Source: an uncultured Alphaproteobacteria bacterium
GTDB taxonomy: Bacteria; Pseudomonadota; Alphaproteobacteria; Rhizobiales; Xanthobacteraceae
Length of the DNA stretch: 64,000 nucleotides
Reading direction: 5' to 3'
Assembly (NCBI GenBank): GCA_963706975.1
Contig: CAVPOL010000057.1
Location: 76,499-140,498 of the forward strand
This document shows, in pieces, positions 9,443-19,355 of this stretch. Position 1 is the stretch's first letter, and every line of letters begins with the position of its first letter. The notes under the pieces are model-generated. The model saw only the letters and a list, made by a program, of their open reading frames with translations. It did not search any database and was not told where the DNA came from. Position numbers and translations under genes: made by a program.

Positions 9443-9625
9443 TACCGCGTCTGATGTTTCGTCATAGATTACCGCAACGTCGCGCGGATAATCTGCATCC
9501 ATCGCTCACTTGAACTGGTTTAGCCGACTGATGGCTGCGCAATACGTCTTTGGCGCGTTGCGCATGGGCCGCTTTGCGTAAACGCGTTGTCGGGCGCTGG
9601 TCGGCGAATTTTCGGGAGAAACAGC

Positions 9626-9928
9626 ATGGATGCGAGAAGCCACGAAGCGATCCAGCGGGATCCCGACTACAAGGAACTGGTGCGGCGACGCTCGTCGTTC
9701 GGGTGGACGCTGTCGGCGATCATGCTCGTGATCTACTTCGGCTTCATCCTGCTGGTCGCCTTTGCGCCCAAATTCCTCGGCATCCGGCTGGGGACGGGTG
9801 TCACGACCATCGGCATTCCGATCGGCCTGTTCGTCATTGTGTCGGCATTCGTGCTCACCGGCATCTATGTCAGCAAGGCCAATTCCAAATATGACGCCTT
9901 GATCCGTCGAATTGTCGAGAGGTCGTAG
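9626..9928 (+). CDS. DUF485 (YjcH-like) small membrane subunit of ActP
   Basis: [18 protein letters not shown]...[10 protein letters not shown]...GIYVSKAN; directly upstream of actP. Confidence 0.9.
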   Translation: MDARSHEAIQRDPDYKELVRRRSSFGWTLSAIMLVIYFGFILLVAFAPKFLGIRLGTGVTTIGIPIGLFVIVSAFVLTGIYVSKANSKYDALIRRIVERS

Positions 9929-9929
9929 C

Positions 9930-11624
9930 ATGAGAAAGCTCTCCTGGATACCTGCGACAGCCATAATTGCCAGCCTGCCTGCGCTGGCGTTTGCCGCCGG
10001 CGCCATCGACGGCGGCGCCAAGCAGGCGGTCAACTGGGTCGCCATCGGCATGTTCGTCGCCTTTGTCGGCCTTACCCTCGGCATCACCTATTGGGCGGCA
10101 AGACAGACCACATCAGCCGCGGATTTCTATTCCGCCGGTGGCGGCATTACCGGTTTCCAGAACGGCCTCGCGATCGCCGGGGACTACATGTCGGCGGCCT
10201 CCTTCCTGGGCATCTCGGGCCTCGTCTATACCTCCGGCTATGACGGGCTGATCTATTCGGTCGGGTGGCTGGTCGGCTGGCCCATCGTGACGTTCCTGAT
10301 CGCCGAGCAGTTGCGCAATCTCGGCAAATTCACGTTTGCCGACGTCACCTCGTTCCGGCTCGGGCAGACCGAGATCCGCATTCTCGCTGCCTGCGGCTCA
10401 CTGGTCACCGTCGCCTTCTATTTGATCGCGCAGATGGTCGGCGCCGGAAAACTCATTCAGCTGCTGTTCGGCCTCGACTACTGGATCGCAGTCGTGCTGG
10501 TCGGCGGCCTGATGATGATCTACGTGACCTTCGGCGGCATGAAGGCAACGACCTGGGTGCAGATCATCAAGGCCGTGCTGCTGTTGATGGGCGCGACATT
10601 CATGGCCGGCGCGGTGCTGTACGAATTCGGCTTCAACCCCGAAGCCCTGTTTGCCAAGGCAACGGAGGTGCATCCCAAGCACGCCGCGATCATGGAACCC
10701 GGCAGCCTGATCTCCAATCCGCTGTCGGCGATCTCGCTCGGATTGGCCCTGATGTTCGGCACCGCCGGGCTGCCGCACATCCTGATGCGCTTTTTCACGG
10801 TGAAGGACGCGGAAGCCGCACGCAAGTCGGTGTTCTATGCAACCGGCTTCATCGGCTATTTCTACATCCTCACCTTCATCATCGGCTTTGGCGCCATCGT
10901 GATGGTCTCGACCGATGCGGCGTTCCTCGACGGGGGCATTCTGGAGAAGACCAAGAGCGGAATCGCGGCGATCCAGGGCGGCTCCAACATGGCAGCGATC
11001 CATCTGGCGAACGCGGTCGGCGGCAACATATTCCTCGGCTTCATCTCGGCGGTGGCCTTTGCCACCATCCTCGCAGTCGTGTCGGGTCTGGCGCTCGCCG
11101 GCGCATCCTCGATCAGCCATGACATCTACGCCATGGTGATCAAGGACGGAAAGGCCAACGAGCAGGACGAAATCCGCGTCTCGAAGATCGCGACGCTGTT
11201 CCTCGGCGTGCTGGCGATCATTCTGGGCATCATATTCGAGAACCAGAACGTCGCCTTCATGGTCGGACTTGCCTTCGCCATCGCGGCGTCATGCAACTTC
11301 CCGGTGCTGGTGATGTCGATCTTCTGGAAGGGCCTGACCACGCGGGGAGCGATGATCGGCGGTTTCCTCGGCCTGATCAGCGCCGTCATCGGCGTCATCC
11401 TGTCACCGGCGGTGTGGGAAGCAACGCTCGGCAACCCCAAGGGGTCGGCGCCGTGCCCGCTGGATAATCCGGCGCTGTTCTCGATCACCCTCGCCTTCGC
11501 CGGCATCTGGCTGTTCTCGGTTCTGGACCGCAGTGCGCGGGCCAGGGTCGACCGCGGCGGCTTCGACGCGCAATATGTGCGCTGCCAAACCGGCATCGGG
11601 GCGGCCGGCGCCACCACGCACTGA
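9930..11624 (+). CDS. actP: Cation/acetate symporter ActP (SSS family)
   Basis: [48 protein letters not shown]. Confidence 0.95.
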   Translation: MRKLSWIPATAIIASLPALAFAAGAIDGGAKQAVNWVAIGMFVAFVGLTLGITYWAARQTTSAADFYSAGGGITGFQNGLAIAGDYMSAASFLGISGLVYTSGYDGLIYSVGWLVGWPIVTFLIAEQLRNLGKFTFADVTSFRLGQTEIRILAACGSLVTVAFYLIAQMVGAGKLIQLLFGLDYWIAVVLVGGLMMIYVTFGGMKATTWVQIIKAVLLLMGATFMAGAVLYEFGFNPEALFAKATEVHPKHAAIMEPGSLISNPLSAISLGLALMFGTAGLPHILMRFFTVKDAEAARKSVFYATGFIGYFYILTFIIGFGAIVMVSTDAAFLDGGILEKTKSGIAAIQGGSNMAAIHLANAVGGNIFLGFISAVAFATILAVVSGLALAGASSISHDIYAMVIKDGKANEQDEIRVSKIATLFLGVLAIILGIIFENQNVAFMVGLAFAIAASCNFPVLVMSIFWKGLTTRGAMIGGFLGLISAVIGVILSPAVWEATLGNPKGSAPCPLDNPALFSITLAFAGIWLFSVLDRSARARVDRGGFDAQYVRCQTGIGAAGATTH

Positions 11625-11684
11625 ACCGGGCTTCGCCGGCGCCGTCCAATTCCCGGCGCGCCAGCCTCTGGTCAGGGAATCCAG

Positions 11685-13487
11685 ATGCCGAACGCCTTCG
11701 ATGCCACCAACCCGCCTTTCGACCGCCTGACATCGCAAGAGGTCGACACACTGCGTGCCGCGTTGGATATCGCCTACTTCCGCCCGGACGAAACCGTCAT
11801 CGCGCAGAATGCGGCCGCCAACGCCCTGTTCGTGGTCATCAAGGGCACGATCGAGGAGCGCGACGGCGACGACCTGCTGGCGCTGCTTGGTCCCAAGGAC
11901 AGTTTCGACAGCCGCGCCCTCGTCCACGGCAGGAGCGGTCACGCCTTCGTGGCCCGGGAAGAGACGCTCTGCTACGTCGCTCCCAAGAACGTGACGCTCG
12001 GCTTGATCCAGAGCAATCCCCGGTTTGCCTCGTTCTTCTACCGCGAGATATCCCGAAAGCTGGATGAGCTCGCCCGCGACGAGGAGGAACGGCGCTACGG
12101 CTCGCTGATGCGCGCGCGGGTCGCCGAGCTGTTCCTGCATCCCCCCGCCTTCATCGACGCCGGCGACAGCATCGAAGCCGCCGGCCACCTGATGCGCGAG
12201 ATCGACAGCAACACGCTGTTCGTTCGCGACGGCGAGCGCATCGGCATCATCACCGGCATGAACCTGTCCAAGGCCGTCGTGCTGCGGCGCCAGCCGATCG
12301 AAACGCCGGTGCGCGCGTTCACGCATTTTGATGTGGTTACGCTGCGGCCGGATGATTTCGTATCGTCGGCTCTGGTGCTGATGACCAAACGAAACAAACG
12401 GCGCGTGGCGGTACATGACGGCGAGCGGTATGTCGGTATCCTGGAAGATATCGACCTGCTGGGTTTCCTCGCCGGCAGCGCCCAGGTCGTCGCCGGCCGC
12501 ATCGATCGCGCCTCGAGCAAGGATGACCTCATGATTGCCGCGCGCGAAACCGCGGCGCAGGTGCGCACCCTGCGCCGCCAGGGCGTCCAGGTCGAGGTGA
12601 TCGGCGAAGTCGTCTCCGACCTCAATGGGCGCCTGTTCTCACGGCTGTTCGAGATGGTGGCACCCGCCGAGATCCGGACCAGCGGCTGCCTCATCGTGAT
12701 GGGCAGCGAAGGCCGCGGTGAACAGACCGTGCGCACCGATCAGGACAACGGACTGATCCTGGCCGGCCCCGCCGACAAGGCGGCGCTGGATGCGTTCCGG
12801 AGCGATTTTTCCGGAGCGCTGGCGGAATTCGGCTTTCCGCCGTGCCCCGGCAACGTGATGGTGCGCAATCCGCTCTGGTCAAAGCCGCTCCCCGACTATC
12901 TCGCGGATTTCCGCCGTTGGGTGGCATTGCCTGACGATACGGCCCATATGAACGTGGCAATCTTCTACGATGCGCGCGCCGTCGCCGGCGATGCGCAACT
13001 GCTGGCAACTGCGAAGGCAAATTTGATCGATCTGATCCGCGGCGAGCAGGCTTACCTAGCTCATTTCGCGCGCGCCGTGGACGCCTTCCCGACGCCGATC
13101 GGGCTGTTCAACAAGCTGGTCACGTCCGAGGGCAAGGGCGATGCGCTGGACCTCAAGAAGGGTGGCATCTTTCCGATCGTTCACGGCATCCGCAGTCTCG
13201 CGATCGAGCATGGCCTGGTGGAAACCGCGACCGACAAGCGCATCGCGCGGCTGCGCGAGATCGGTGTACTGCAACCCGACTTTGCCCGGGAGTTGATCCA
13301 GACCCTTGGTTTCCTGCTGACGCTCAGGCTCGACGGACAACTGGCTGCATCGGGCGCCACTTCAGGAACGCTGGTGCGACCATCATTGCTTTCGAGCATG
13401 GAACGCGATCTGTTGCGCGACGCCTTTCAGGTCGTCAAGCAGTTTCGCGGGATCATTCGCCACCACTTCAATCTCGGCATGTTCTGA
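11685..13487 (+). CDS. cNMP-binding + CBS + DUF294 nucleotidyltransferase signalling protein
   Basis: N-terminal cNMP fold (LFVVIKGTIE), CBS pair, MGSEGRGEQTVRTDQDN pol-beta motif, LDLKKGGIFPIVHGIR. Confidence 0.92.
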   Translation: MPNAFDATNPPFDRLTSQEVDTLRAALDIAYFRPDETVIAQNAAANALFVVIKGTIEERDGDDLLALLGPKDSFDSRALVHGRSGHAFVAREETLCYVAPKNVTLGLIQSNPRFASFFYREISRKLDELARDEEERRYGSLMRARVAELFLHPPAFIDAGDSIEAAGHLMREIDSNTLFVRDGERIGIITGMNLSKAVVLRRQPIETPVRAFTHFDVVTLRPDDFVSSALVLMTKRNKRRVAVHDGERYVGILEDIDLLGFLAGSAQVVAGRIDRASSKDDLMIAARETAAQVRTLRRQGVQVEVIGEVVSDLNGRLFSRLFEMVAPAEIRTSGCLIVMGSEGRGEQTVRTDQDNGLILAGPADKAALDAFRSDFSGALAEFGFPPCPGNVMVRNPLWSKPLPDYLADFRRWVALPDDTAHMNVAIFYDARAVAGDAQLLATAKANLIDLIRGEQAYLAHFARAVDAFPTPIGLFNKLVTSEGKGDALDLKKGGIFPIVHGIRSLAIEHGLVETATDKRIARLREIGVLQPDFARELIQTLGFLLTLRLDGQLAASGATSGTLVRPSLLSSMERDLLRDAFQVVKQFRGIIRHHFNLGMF

Positions 13488-13488
13488 C

Positions 13489-14163
13489 GTGATCCCCCGC
13501 GCGATCAAACGCCTGTTCCATCGAGCCTCGCTCGCCGATCAGTCGTACCGGTTCATGTTCGAGCCGGGGCCCGCCGACGAGGTTGTCGCGATCGATTGCG
13601 AGACGACGGGTCTCAACGTGCGTACCGACGACATCATCACCGTTGCCGCGATCAAAATCCGGGGCAACCGAATCCTGACCAGTGAGCGTTTCGAGGCGGT
13701 CGTCCGCCCCGATGCCGACATGCGGGCCGAGGAGATCAAGGTGCACCGCCTGCGCCAGGCCGATGTTGCCCAGAGCCCGCTTATCAAGAAGGTGCTGCCA
13801 GGCCTGCTGCATTTCATCGGCGGGCGTCCGCTGGTCGGATACTATGTCGACTTCGATATCGCGATGCTCGACAAATACGTCCTTCCCTACATCGAGATCG
13901 AACTGCCCAACCGGCGCATCGAGGTTTCCAAGCTCTACTACGAGCGCAAGTACGGCGACGCGCCGGCGAATACGGCCGTCGATCTCTCATTCGCGGCAAT
14001 GCTGAAGGATCTCGGCATCCCGTTGCTCGCCCAGCACGACGCCTTCAACGACGCGCTGATGACGGCCATGATGTATGTCGCCTTGCGCGACCTGAAGGAA
14101 CGGGGTGTACGAATCCCGCGCGCCCGCTCGAATGTTGCCGTTTTCAATCCGACAGGCGCATGA
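13489..14163 (+). CDS. DEDDh 3'-5' exonuclease (DnaQ-like)
   Basis: IDCETTG, YVDFDIAML, HDAFNDA. Confidence 0.92.
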   Translation: MIPRAIKRLFHRASLADQSYRFMFEPGPADEVVAIDCETTGLNVRTDDIITVAAIKIRGNRILTSERFEAVVRPDADMRAEEIKVHRLRQADVAQSPLIKKVLPGLLHFIGGRPLVGYYVDFDIAMLDKYVLPYIEIELPNRRIEVSKLYYERKYGDAPANTAVDLSFAAMLKDLGIPLLAQHDAFNDALMTAMMYVALRDLKERGVRIPRARSNVAVFNPTGA

Positions 14164-14271
14164 AGCGCTCCTGCAGCGCGCCGGACTCAAATCCATCCTG
14201 CGCAGCGGTGAAGACGACCAGGGCTCGCCAATTGGCGAAGCCGGGCGCTGCATGGCATCTGCACTCTTGCA

Positions 14272-15066
14272 CTAAGGTTCCACCCGGTACAGCCGCCACC
14301 GCTTCGGCACGCCCTTGAGCTGGTGAGCGCCGCGATCCCTGAAGCTGAAACCAGCCTGCGACGTCAAATCCCTGACCGCGCCCGACACCAAAACTTCGCC
14401 GGCACGCGCCTTCGCGGCGACGCGGGTGCCGATGTGAAACGCGAGACCGATCACGTCGGCCCCGCTCACTTCGTATTCGCCGGCGTGCAGCCCCACCCTG
14501 ACCTCCAGCCCCAGCGTGCGCACCGCCTCGCGGATGGCGGTCGCGCAACGCACGCCGGCATCCGGCGCATCGAACGTCGCCAGCACTCCGTCCCCCGTCG
14601 TCACGACTTCCTTTCCGCGCAGAGCCTTCAGTTCCCTGCGGACGGCGGCGTAATAGTGGTTCATCACCTTGGTCCAGCGCGAATCGCCGAGCCGTGCGGC
14701 GGTTTCGGTGGACTTGACGATATCGACGACCAGGATGGTGGCGAGCGCCCGCTCGAGCCCGGCGCCGCGCCTGGCAGGCCGGCGCCGGATCGCGATGCTT
14801 CCAGCCAGCAGCTCATAGCGATGGTTGCGCCGCCGTGCTATGGCGGCCTTTATGTAGTCGTTGGCGCGTTGCACCGTGCCGCAACGGATTGTTTTCGCCT
14901 GCGGTGAAATCGTCCAGTAAATCTTTCGCCCGTCGCCCACGCCAAGCACCTCGACGGCGCCCCACTTCAGGAGAACCGTCGAGCCAACCCGGCGAACCCA
15001 CCATGCCTTCGACGTGTATCCGGAAACGTTCGACTGATGGACTCCGATGCGAAGGAATTTTGGCAT
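14272..15066 (-). CDS. Class III adenylate/guanylate cyclase with N-terminal WGR-like domain
   Basis: TILVVDIVKST, TGDG, RVGLHAGE, LKGVP; N-terminus VLLKWGAV...RRNHRYELL. Confidence 0.85.
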   Translation of the reverse strand: MPKFLRIGVHQSNVSGYTSKAWWVRRVGSTVLLKWGAVEVLGVGDGRKIYWTISPQAKTIRCGTVQRANDYIKAAIARRRNHRYELLAGSIAIRRRPARRGAGLERALATILVVDIVKSTETAARLGDSRWTKVMNHYYAAVRRELKALRGKEVVTTGDGVLATFDAPDAGVRCATAIREAVRTLGLEVRVGLHAGEYEVSGADVIGLAFHIGTRVAAKARAGEVLVSGAVRDLTSQAGFSFRDRGAHQLKGVPKRWRLYRVEP

Positions 15067-15279
15067 GTGCGTGTGACCGATCGAAAGACCGTTTGGGCCT
15101 GTCAAGGGTGGAATGTGATCATGGATTGCCGCGTTGACAACGGGACTCCCAACGAAAATTTAGACTAAACCGCCCTCAACGATTCCGATAATTTTGCAAA
15201 TGAGGGCGACCCCCGCGCGCAAATTCCCGCTATCATCCATCGCAAGCAACCGCCAGGATTTGCGAACAGGGAGACACCC

Positions 15280-16065
15280 ATGGACGACACCGCGGCTCGC
15301 CGCGCGGCCGAAACGCTGCTCGCCGAACACCAGGCCAATGTGCAATTCAAGCCGTTGGCTCCGCCCGAAAACCCCGCCACCATCTCCGACGCCTATGACA
15401 TCCAGCAGCAATACGTCGCGCTGCTGCGGGGCCAGCACGGCGATGCCGTCGGCTACAAGGTCGGGCTGACCTCGGCGGCGATGCAGTCGTTTTGCGGGAT
15501 CGACCATCCGATCGCGGGCGTCGTGCTCGCGAAGCGCGTGCACGCAACGGGCGCCAGCGTGCGGCGCGCGGATTTCGGGCGGCTGGGGCTGGAATTCGAG
15601 ATCGCGGTCCGGATCAAATCGGACGTGCCGGCCGCGGGCATGCCGTTTACCGCGGAGGCGATCGCGCCGCACATCGGCGGCGTTTGCGCTGGAATCGAGG
15701 TGGTCGACGATCGCAGCGCCGACTATGCCAGCCTCGATGTGCTGTCGCTGGTGGCGGATAATTCCTGGAACGCCGGCATCGTGCTGTCGGAATTTTCGAC
15801 GGCATGGCCCGATCCGGCGCGCGCGCTCGGGCGGGCCAGCAAGGACGGTGTCGCGATCGGCGAAGGTTTCGGGCGCGACATTCTCGGGCATCCCTTCAAT
15901 TCCGTGGCCTGGCTTGCGACGCAGCTGGCTTCGCGGGGCGCCGGACTGAAGGCCGGCGAAGTCGTGATGACCGGCAGCGTCATGAAGACCGTGTTTCCGG
16001 AAACCGAGGCAAACTACCGGTTCGAGCTTGGGGGAATCGGCGTTGTCGAGGTACAGGTGCGATAG
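15280..16065 (+). CDS. 2-keto-4-pentenoate hydratase / FAH-family protein
   Basis: GYKVGLTS, LEFEIA, VADNS, LKAGEVVMTGS. Confidence 0.88.
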   Translation: MDDTAARRAAETLLAEHQANVQFKPLAPPENPATISDAYDIQQQYVALLRGQHGDAVGYKVGLTSAAMQSFCGIDHPIAGVVLAKRVHATGASVRRADFGRLGLEFEIAVRIKSDVPAAGMPFTAEAIAPHIGGVCAGIEVVDDRSADYASLDVLSLVADNSWNAGIVLSEFSTAWPDPARALGRASKDGVAIGEGFGRDILGHPFNSVAWLATQLASRGAGLKAGEVVMTGSVMKTVFPETEANYRFELGGIGVVEVQVR

Positions 16066-16101
16066 CGCGCGCGGCAGCGCGGGCTCGCATTCGGGGGACG
16101 G

Positions 16102-17517
16102 ATGAATTATTCGAAGGCGCATTTCATCGGCATCGCCGGCAAGGGCATGAGTGCGACGGCGCTCCTGCTCCGGCAGATGGGCGTGCAGATCACCGGTTCC
16201 GACGAGGGATTTTATCCGCCGGTCAGCGATTATCTGAGGAACGAGAACATCGCGTTTGCCGAGGGATACCGGAAAGAGAATATCCCTGAAGACGCCGACG
16301 TCATCGTGATCGGCAAGAACGCAAAACTGCAGCCTGAAAGCAACGAAGAGGTTCGCGCCGCCATGGACAGCGGCAAGCCGGTTCGGTCGTTCGCGGATCT
16401 GCTGCACGAGTTGACCGCCAATGCCGATACCGTCGTCGTCGCTGGAAGCTACGGGAAATCGACCTGCACCGCCTTGCTGGCGTGGTGCCTGAAGGCCGCG
16501 AACAGGGACCCGAGCTACTTTATCGGGGAAATCACCAACGGGCTGGAAAGCCACGCCCACCTCGGTCAGGGCCCGACCTTCGTTCTCGAAGGCGACGAAT
16601 ACCCGGCATCGAACTGGGACGGCACCTCGAAATTTCTTCACTACAACGCCAGGAACGTCCTGCTCACCTCGGCGACCCACGATCACATCAACGTTTTTCC
16701 CACCCATGCGGATTACCTCGCCCCGTTTCGCATCCTGCTCGGCTCGCTGCCATCAGATGGACTGCTGGTCGCCTGCAGCAGCGAGCCGCACGCGCGCTCC
16801 CTCGCCGGAAACCTGGCCTGCGCCACGGCGTTCTATGCCCTGGACGACAAGGCGCACTGGCATGCGGCCAACATCGAACGCGGCGCGGAAACCGGCTTCG
16901 ACCTGATGCGGGCTGACGAAAGGATCATTCGCCTGTCGACCCGGATGCTCGGCGATCACAATCTGGAAAATATCGTCGGCGTCAGCGCGATGCTGCTCGA
17001 AAGAGAGCTGCTGTCTCCGGAGGAGTTGCAAGCCGGCATCGCCACCTTCCAGGGCGTGAAACGCCGCATGGAATTGCTCTCGCCCTCCTCGCTGGTGCCG
17101 GTCTACGAAGGTTTTGGGTCGTCCTACGAAAAAGCCAGAAGCGCCATCGTCGCCACCAAACTGCATTTCCCTGACCGGCGGCTCATCATCGTGTTCGAGC
17201 CGCATACCTTCACCTGGCGAAACCGGGCGGCGATTGCCGCCTACGATGACGTGTTTGCCGGAGCGTCAAAAATCTTCATCTTCGAACCGGCGTCGCAGGG
17301 CGCCGGCTCCCATGCCCAATTGACCCAGGACGAAATCGTCGCGCGCACCAGGGCCGCACATCACGATGCCGAGGCGATATCCGACCCGCAGGACGCCTTG
17401 CAGAGATTGAGCGCCATGTTGCGCGCGGATGACGTGATTCTGTTGCTGACATCCGGCGAGCTCGGCGGACTGATCCGGAAAATTCCGCAGTTGGCTGAAG
17501 TAAAGTACCCCCGTTGA
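16102..17517 (+). CDS. MurC/Mpl-like Mur ligase (divergent)
   Basis: HFIGIAGKGMSA, AGSYGKSTCT, LEGDEY, DHINVF, FQGVKRRME, VFEPHT. Confidence 0.85.
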   Translation: MNYSKAHFIGIAGKGMSATALLLRQMGVQITGSDEGFYPPVSDYLRNENIAFAEGYRKENIPEDADVIVIGKNAKLQPESNEEVRAAMDSGKPVRSFADLLHELTANADTVVVAGSYGKSTCTALLAWCLKAANRDPSYFIGEITNGLESHAHLGQGPTFVLEGDEYPASNWDGTSKFLHYNARNVLLTSATHDHINVFPTHADYLAPFRILLGSLPSDGLLVACSSEPHARSLAGNLACATAFYALDDKAHWHAANIERGAETGFDLMRADERIIRLSTRMLGDHNLENIVGVSAMLLERELLSPEELQAGIATFQGVKRRMELLSPSSLVPVYEGFGSSYEKARSAIVATKLHFPDRRLIIVFEPHTFTWRNRAAIAAYDDVFAGASKIFIFEPASQGAGSHAQLTQDEIVARTRAAHHDAEAISDPQDALQRLSAMLRADDVILLLTSGELGGLIRKIPQLAEVKYPR

Positions 17518-17738
17518 GGAGTGGCCTTCGGCGACTGAAGGCAATTGGATGGCAAAGGCACGGCCATGGCGTTGCTGATTGACGAAACACCAAAGCCATT
17601 GCCTTCAGCCGATAGGGTCTGCCCGACGCCGTCAATGAGGGCCAGAGACTGCTGAAACCAAAAGCGCCGCATTGAGGCGGGGAGAGATTACCACGCAGAA
17701 GCCGGGCCCGCAGGGCTCAAGCCCGAGGCACGCCTCGA

Positions 17739-18431
17739 TTACGGCGTGGCGATCAGCCCCTGATCCGTCGAGACGATCCAGCGGTTACCCCAGCGCACGA
17801 TCGAGTCGATTCGTCCTACCGCCGGGACCGTATCGCCGCGAGCGACCGTCCAAACTCCGCCGGGGCCTTCGAGAATCGCCGTGGCACCTCTTACCTCGCG
17901 GACGATCCAGCCTTCGATCGTCATCGGCCTGGTTTCGGGGACCGCTGTCATTGTTTCGCGCGGCGCAATCGACCCTGTCGGGAGGTTGATATCAGCCGGC
18001 ACAACCGGCGGCGTGCGCGTGGATGCGGCGACGGCCGGCGGCGTTCCTTGCGACAGCTTCATTGGGGCCGGTCTGCGAGCCGCGCCATCGGCCCTGACCG
18101 ACCTGGTTTCGGCATCGGGGATGCGCTGCGAATAAGTGACTTTCTGGGTCGACGGGTCGAATTCCGCCGCGAGATTTGCAAGATGATGCCAGTTTGCGCC
18201 GCCCGCCCATCCCAACCCAAACACGGCGACCGCCGCGCCCGCGACCAGCCAGAGCTTGCGTCCCCGCCTGCTGTCGCCGTTGGCCGACAGCAATGCATCG
18301 ACGGGGCTGCGGCTCGATGAATTCCAGGGATAGACGTCGGCGGTCCGGGTCCGGTGCTCGGCAATCTGGCCGGCGACCGCATCTTCGGTCGGCCCACTCG
18401 GTTCAAGCGTCTTCGCCTGTCGGTCATGCAT
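17739..18431 (-). CDS. Single-TM hypothetical protein with conserved C-terminal beta domain
   Basis: TM GAAVAVFGLGWAGG; C-terminus IEGWIVREVRGATAILEGP...GDTVPAVGRIDSIVRWGNRWIV. Confidence 0.65.
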   Translation of the reverse strand: MHDRQAKTLEPSGPTEDAVAGQIAEHRTRTADVYPWNSSSRSPVDALLSANGDSRRGRKLWLVAGAAVAVFGLGWAGGANWHHLANLAAEFDPSTQKVTYSQRIPDAETRSVRADGAARRPAPMKLSQGTPPAVAASTRTPPVVPADINLPTGSIAPRETMTAVPETRPMTIEGWIVREVRGATAILEGPGGVWTVARGDTVPAVGRIDSIVRWGNRWIVSTDQGLIATP

Positions 18432-18552
18432 ATCAGACCCTCCAGGGGAATGATCATGCCTTGCGCTAAACGGAATCTTAACGCGCCGTCAGGCCTTGCC
18501 GGATCAGACGCGAGCGGCATCGCCGCAATGGACACCCGGCCGGCGGCGGCCC

Positions 18553-19182
18553 TCAGTCCACGCCGAACAACCTGATCACCGGCATCCCGTCTCGCACCGG
18601 CCCGTCCGCAAAGGTGCGGCGCGGCTGTTCGGTGTCGTCGCGCACGGCTTGCTCGACCTCACTCAAATCCCGATCCTGCCGCTGGCGGCGCCGTTCGGTC
18701 CATCGCTCGCTGCGCTCGCGCCGGCGCTCGGCCCGCCTGAGGTCGGCGTCTCGCGCCCGGGCCATCAACTCTTCCGCCCTGGTTGGTTTCCTCGCCTCGG
18801 GCTGGGAGGGCTCAGCCGCTGCGGGCGCGGGAGATGCCGGCTGCACCGCCGCGGCCTGCGCCGGCGGCGCCGGAGCCGGAACATTGGCGGGCTCGCTCTT
18901 CGGCGGCAGCGCCGCCTGCGCATTCGGTTGAGGCGGCGTGGGAGACGGCGGCGGCGGATTGGCGGCGACGATCGTGCCGGCCGACGGCGCAGGCTGCACT
19001 GGTTCCGCCGGTGGCGCCGCCTGGCTGCGTTGCGACGCCATGCGCTGCTCCAGCTTGGTCACCTCCTGCGGCGCGGATTGCGGGCTGACGATGTTGCCCA
19101 TCAGCAGGCCGCCGCCGAGACCGGCGGCGATCGCCACGACAACGGTTCCCGCCCCTGCGAAATAAGCTGTCGAAATGCGCAT
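18553..19182 (-). CDS. Pro/Ala-rich membrane-anchored hypothetical protein
   Basis: MRISTAYFAGAGTVVVAIAAGLGGG anchor, low-complexity linker, Arg-rich helix; AGGAG RBS. Confidence 0.7.
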   Translation of the reverse strand: MRISTAYFAGAGTVVVAIAAGLGGGLLMGNIVSPQSAPQEVTKLEQRMASQRSQAAPPAEPVQPAPSAGTIVAANPPPPSPTPPQPNAQAALPPKSEPANVPAPAPPAQAAAVQPASPAPAAAEPSQPEARKPTRAEELMARARDADLRRAERRRERSERWTERRRQRQDRDLSEVEQAVRDDTEQPRRTFADGPVRDGMPVIRLFGVD

Positions 19183-19204
19183 GGTATGGCTCCTGTTCTG
19201 CGGC

Positions 19205-19229
19205 AACGCTGGACCGGTGCCGATGTTCC
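19205..19229 (-). promoter_or_regulatory. Putative sigma-EcfG promoter
   Basis: GGAAC-N16-CGTT on the minus strand, 22 bp upstream of ATG 19182. Confidence 0.55.
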
Positions 19230-19355
19230 GATGCCCCGCCGCGCTCGGGGCGGGAACCTTGCGCCGCAGCCAAAACCCCCATGATTATGGCTGTCGCTTC
19301 CCGGGTTCCCGCGGCTAAACTGCCTCGCCGCGGGAAGGCGGCCGGGACGGATTCG

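Noticed and set aside
11685-15066. CBASS or Pycsar anti-phage system (NTase, cyclase, cNMP domain)
   Set aside because: The NTase is DUF294/GlnD-like, not CD-NTase; the cyclase is on the opposite strand; no TM, TIR or nuclease effector with a cNMP sensor is operonic with it
8713-17700. Complete integrative island at tRNA-Leu
   Set aside because: No integrase and no duplicated tRNA 3' end found; kept only as a possible scar
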